Positions 62,040 through 64,000 of a stretch of 64,000 nt of DNA are shown one piece after another. Both the position numbers and the translations under genes were made by a program. The stretch is taken from NCBI GenBank assembly GCA_009103225.1, contig RHPI01000385.1, positions 81,962 to 145,961 of the forward strand. Reading direction: 5' to 3'. Below the pieces are notes generated by a model. It made no database searches. It was not told the DNA's origin and worked only from the letters and a program-made list of their open reading frames with translations. Origin of the DNA: Chlorokybus atmophyticus (Eukaryota; Plantae; Mesostigma and Chlorokybus algae). Within the stretch, counting starts at the first letter, position 1, and each line of letters opens with the position of its first letter.

Positions 62040-63767
62040 ATGATGTCGGCGGCAGCAGTTGAATCCCCCTCACCTAGGAGACCATGCTTGGTGTGCCCAC
62101 AATGCAATGCGTACGTATGTGCCAATGGCCGTAGGCAGCAAATGCGAGCACACTTGACCGAATGCCAGCGAGTGCAGACAGTGTGCCACGGTTTTAGTGC
62201 TGCTTGCTGGCATCACACCACACACAATGTCGACGTGTTTGGCTGCCGCCTCGGCCAAGTGCTGTGCAAGGAACCCGAGTTTTTCCATTGCGTGCAGTGC
62301 GTGTGCGAATCGTGCTCGCGCTCATGCTTCGAGTGGCGAGGGGAACCCATGCGCTTCTTCACATGGACAACACCGGGACATGTGGTTAGTGGACAGGTGG
62401 TGGATGCTGTGGAGGTAATCCACAAGAGTGGACCGCGACGTATCACTGCATGTTATGTTGGGCGTATGCTTATTTCATGCATGTTGAAGCTGTTGTCGCA
62501 TTCAGAGCAGTCTTGCACGGTGTGGGCGTGGGCAGTTCCATCCCCTGGCCGCTGTAGAGGAGGCAGACCATCGATTGTTGGACAGCGCACTGCATCGGCT
62601 GCGAAAGGTAGTTAAGTTGGGATGCGAGCAACTGATCGGCGTGAGTGTCATGATGCATTAGCCGCTGAATGGGGAATGGTATGCGGGCGTTGTGGAATCA
62701 TTCAAGCAAGCGTCAGGTCAGCATCGCTTCGTGGCGCGCGAGATTGAGGACGCATCATATATGCATGGTGCAATGGAAAATGTCTTTGCAGGGCAGCACC
62801 ATACAGTATTCGATGACGGTGATCGACCACAAACCATCAACTTCAAAGGGCACAACGTATTCGCGTACACATCAGTTGACGGGGCACGCCATGTTCAGCG
62901 CGCCGAAGGGGAGAACGTCAGTCGCAAAGTAAGCCCGGACGGCATCATTGCGAGTCCCTGGCCAGCACCACGGCCAGCCTTGACCACATACACGCCATTT
63001 GACAACAAGCTTGGACGCACACGCAGACCAAGGGCACTCGACCTATTCTGCGGCGGTGGCGGTGCCAGTGTCGGTCTATACCATGCAGGCTTTGACGTGA
63101 CCGGGATGGACATAAGTCCTCCTCTGAGTACCCGCTGCCCTTCATACACCGCGATGTATGCACCCTGAGTGCAGAAGAACTGAGCAAGTACGAGCTCATT
63201 TGGGCCAGTCCACCATGCCAGGCCTATTTAGGTGCTATCTCGGCACCTCAACGGGCGGCACATGGCACATCCAGGAGACACCAGGATATGATACCGCTCG
63301 TCCAACGTCTGCTGCTTGCAAGCCAGGTCAAGTTTGTGATTGAGAATGTGCCAGGAGCAGCTTCCTCATTCAAACCCAATCTGTCCCTTTGTGGCACAAT
63401 GTTTGGCCTATCAACTTTCCGACACCGTCTGTTTGAGACACAACCAATGGTAGCTACCCCACCAGCACGCTGCTCGCACACGGGCAAGGCAGTTGGACTG
63501 CTATCGCCGCACCTGTCCGCTAGCGCGAAGAAGACAATTGTGACATCAAATGCGCCGCAGCAAATGTACCCGGTCTATGGCCTTCCAAGCACCAGGGGCG
63601 GCATTGCTGCGTGGCAAACAGCGCTAGGAGTGCCATGGATGACCTCGGCCGTTACCATAGCGAATGCAGTTTCTCCCGCAATGGTGGAGTGCATAGGGCG
63701 TCTCATGCTTGAAACAATGGGTATGCGCTGTGACTACCCTCATGTGTCATGGAACTATGAGGCTTGA
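62040..63767 (+). pseudogene. C2HC zinc finger - Tudor - phage/bacterial-type C5 DNA cytosine methyltransferase fusion (gene C), lightly disrupted
   Basis: MTase motifs I RALDLFCGGGGAS..AGFDVTGMDI, IV IWASPPCQAY (63207-63221), VI FVIENVPGA (63342), LCGTMFGL..RHRLFE, and X LGVPWMT..ANAVSPAMVECIG. Tudor LIGVSVMMH*PLNGEWYAGVVESF..G|QHHTVFDDGD. TAG at 62659 and a 1-nt frameshift near 63124. Confidence 0.88.
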
Positions 63768-64000
63768 GTGTGGTGCACTGTATTGATGCTTAATGCCACA
63801 CGGCGGATTGATTGTTGAATGTTGCATGACACATTCGATTGTGGTGATAGTTGTGCAGTGACAGCTGCCCGGTACTGTACACGTCCACATGAGTCTTAAC
63901 ATACGATTAGCAGTGCCTAACTGACTGATATGCTCCAAACTCAGAGTAGTGAGACAAATACATGTGTCACGTGGAAGTGCAACGAACGTTCCCCCAATAC

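Noticed and set aside
59852-62661. TAA/TAG-to-Gln reassignment or selenocysteine readthrough explaining the in-frame stops
   Set aside because: Host genes end with TAG (DBP5) and TAA (Mpv17, ZMYND12-like). The same ORFs also contain frameshifts, and the TGAs sit at positions compatible with CGA.

Overview
Eukaryotic, intron-rich scaffold window (standard genetic code, short GT/GC-AG introns, plastid-type transit peptides, a flagellar gene), most consistent with a green alga (Viridiplantae). It has three zones. (1) 1-9.3 kb is a retroelement graveyard: a decayed Ty3/Gypsy element, two adjacent solo LTRs with target-site duplications, and a complete 537-bp TRIM (80-bp LTRs, PBS, PPT, GGAGC TSD). 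(2) 9.9-50.8 kb is a compact block of host genes: DDX49/DBP8, ZMYND12-like, PUS1, Mpv17/PMP22, an unknown plastid protein, FSIP1-like, RNA Pol I largest subunit, prosaposin-like, a HEIP1/REDIC1-like meiotic gene, another unknown protein, and DDX19/DBP5. (3) 51.5-64 kb is an accessory zone. It holds a CRE-type RLE retrotransposon fragment and a Penelope-like RT spanning an N gap. After a hairpin and a 53-bp tandem array come three intron-containing, partly decayed genes: an orphan, a C2HC-ZnF/OTU-protease/RING gene, and a C2HC-ZnF/Tudor gene fused to a phage-type C5 DNA cytosine methyltransferase. This last module is the best candidate for an undescribed system, possibly a large mobile element carrying its own chromatin-reading DNA methylase and ubiquitin-editing cargo. 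No transposase is visible in the window. All family assignments come from motif recognition by eye, not from database searches.
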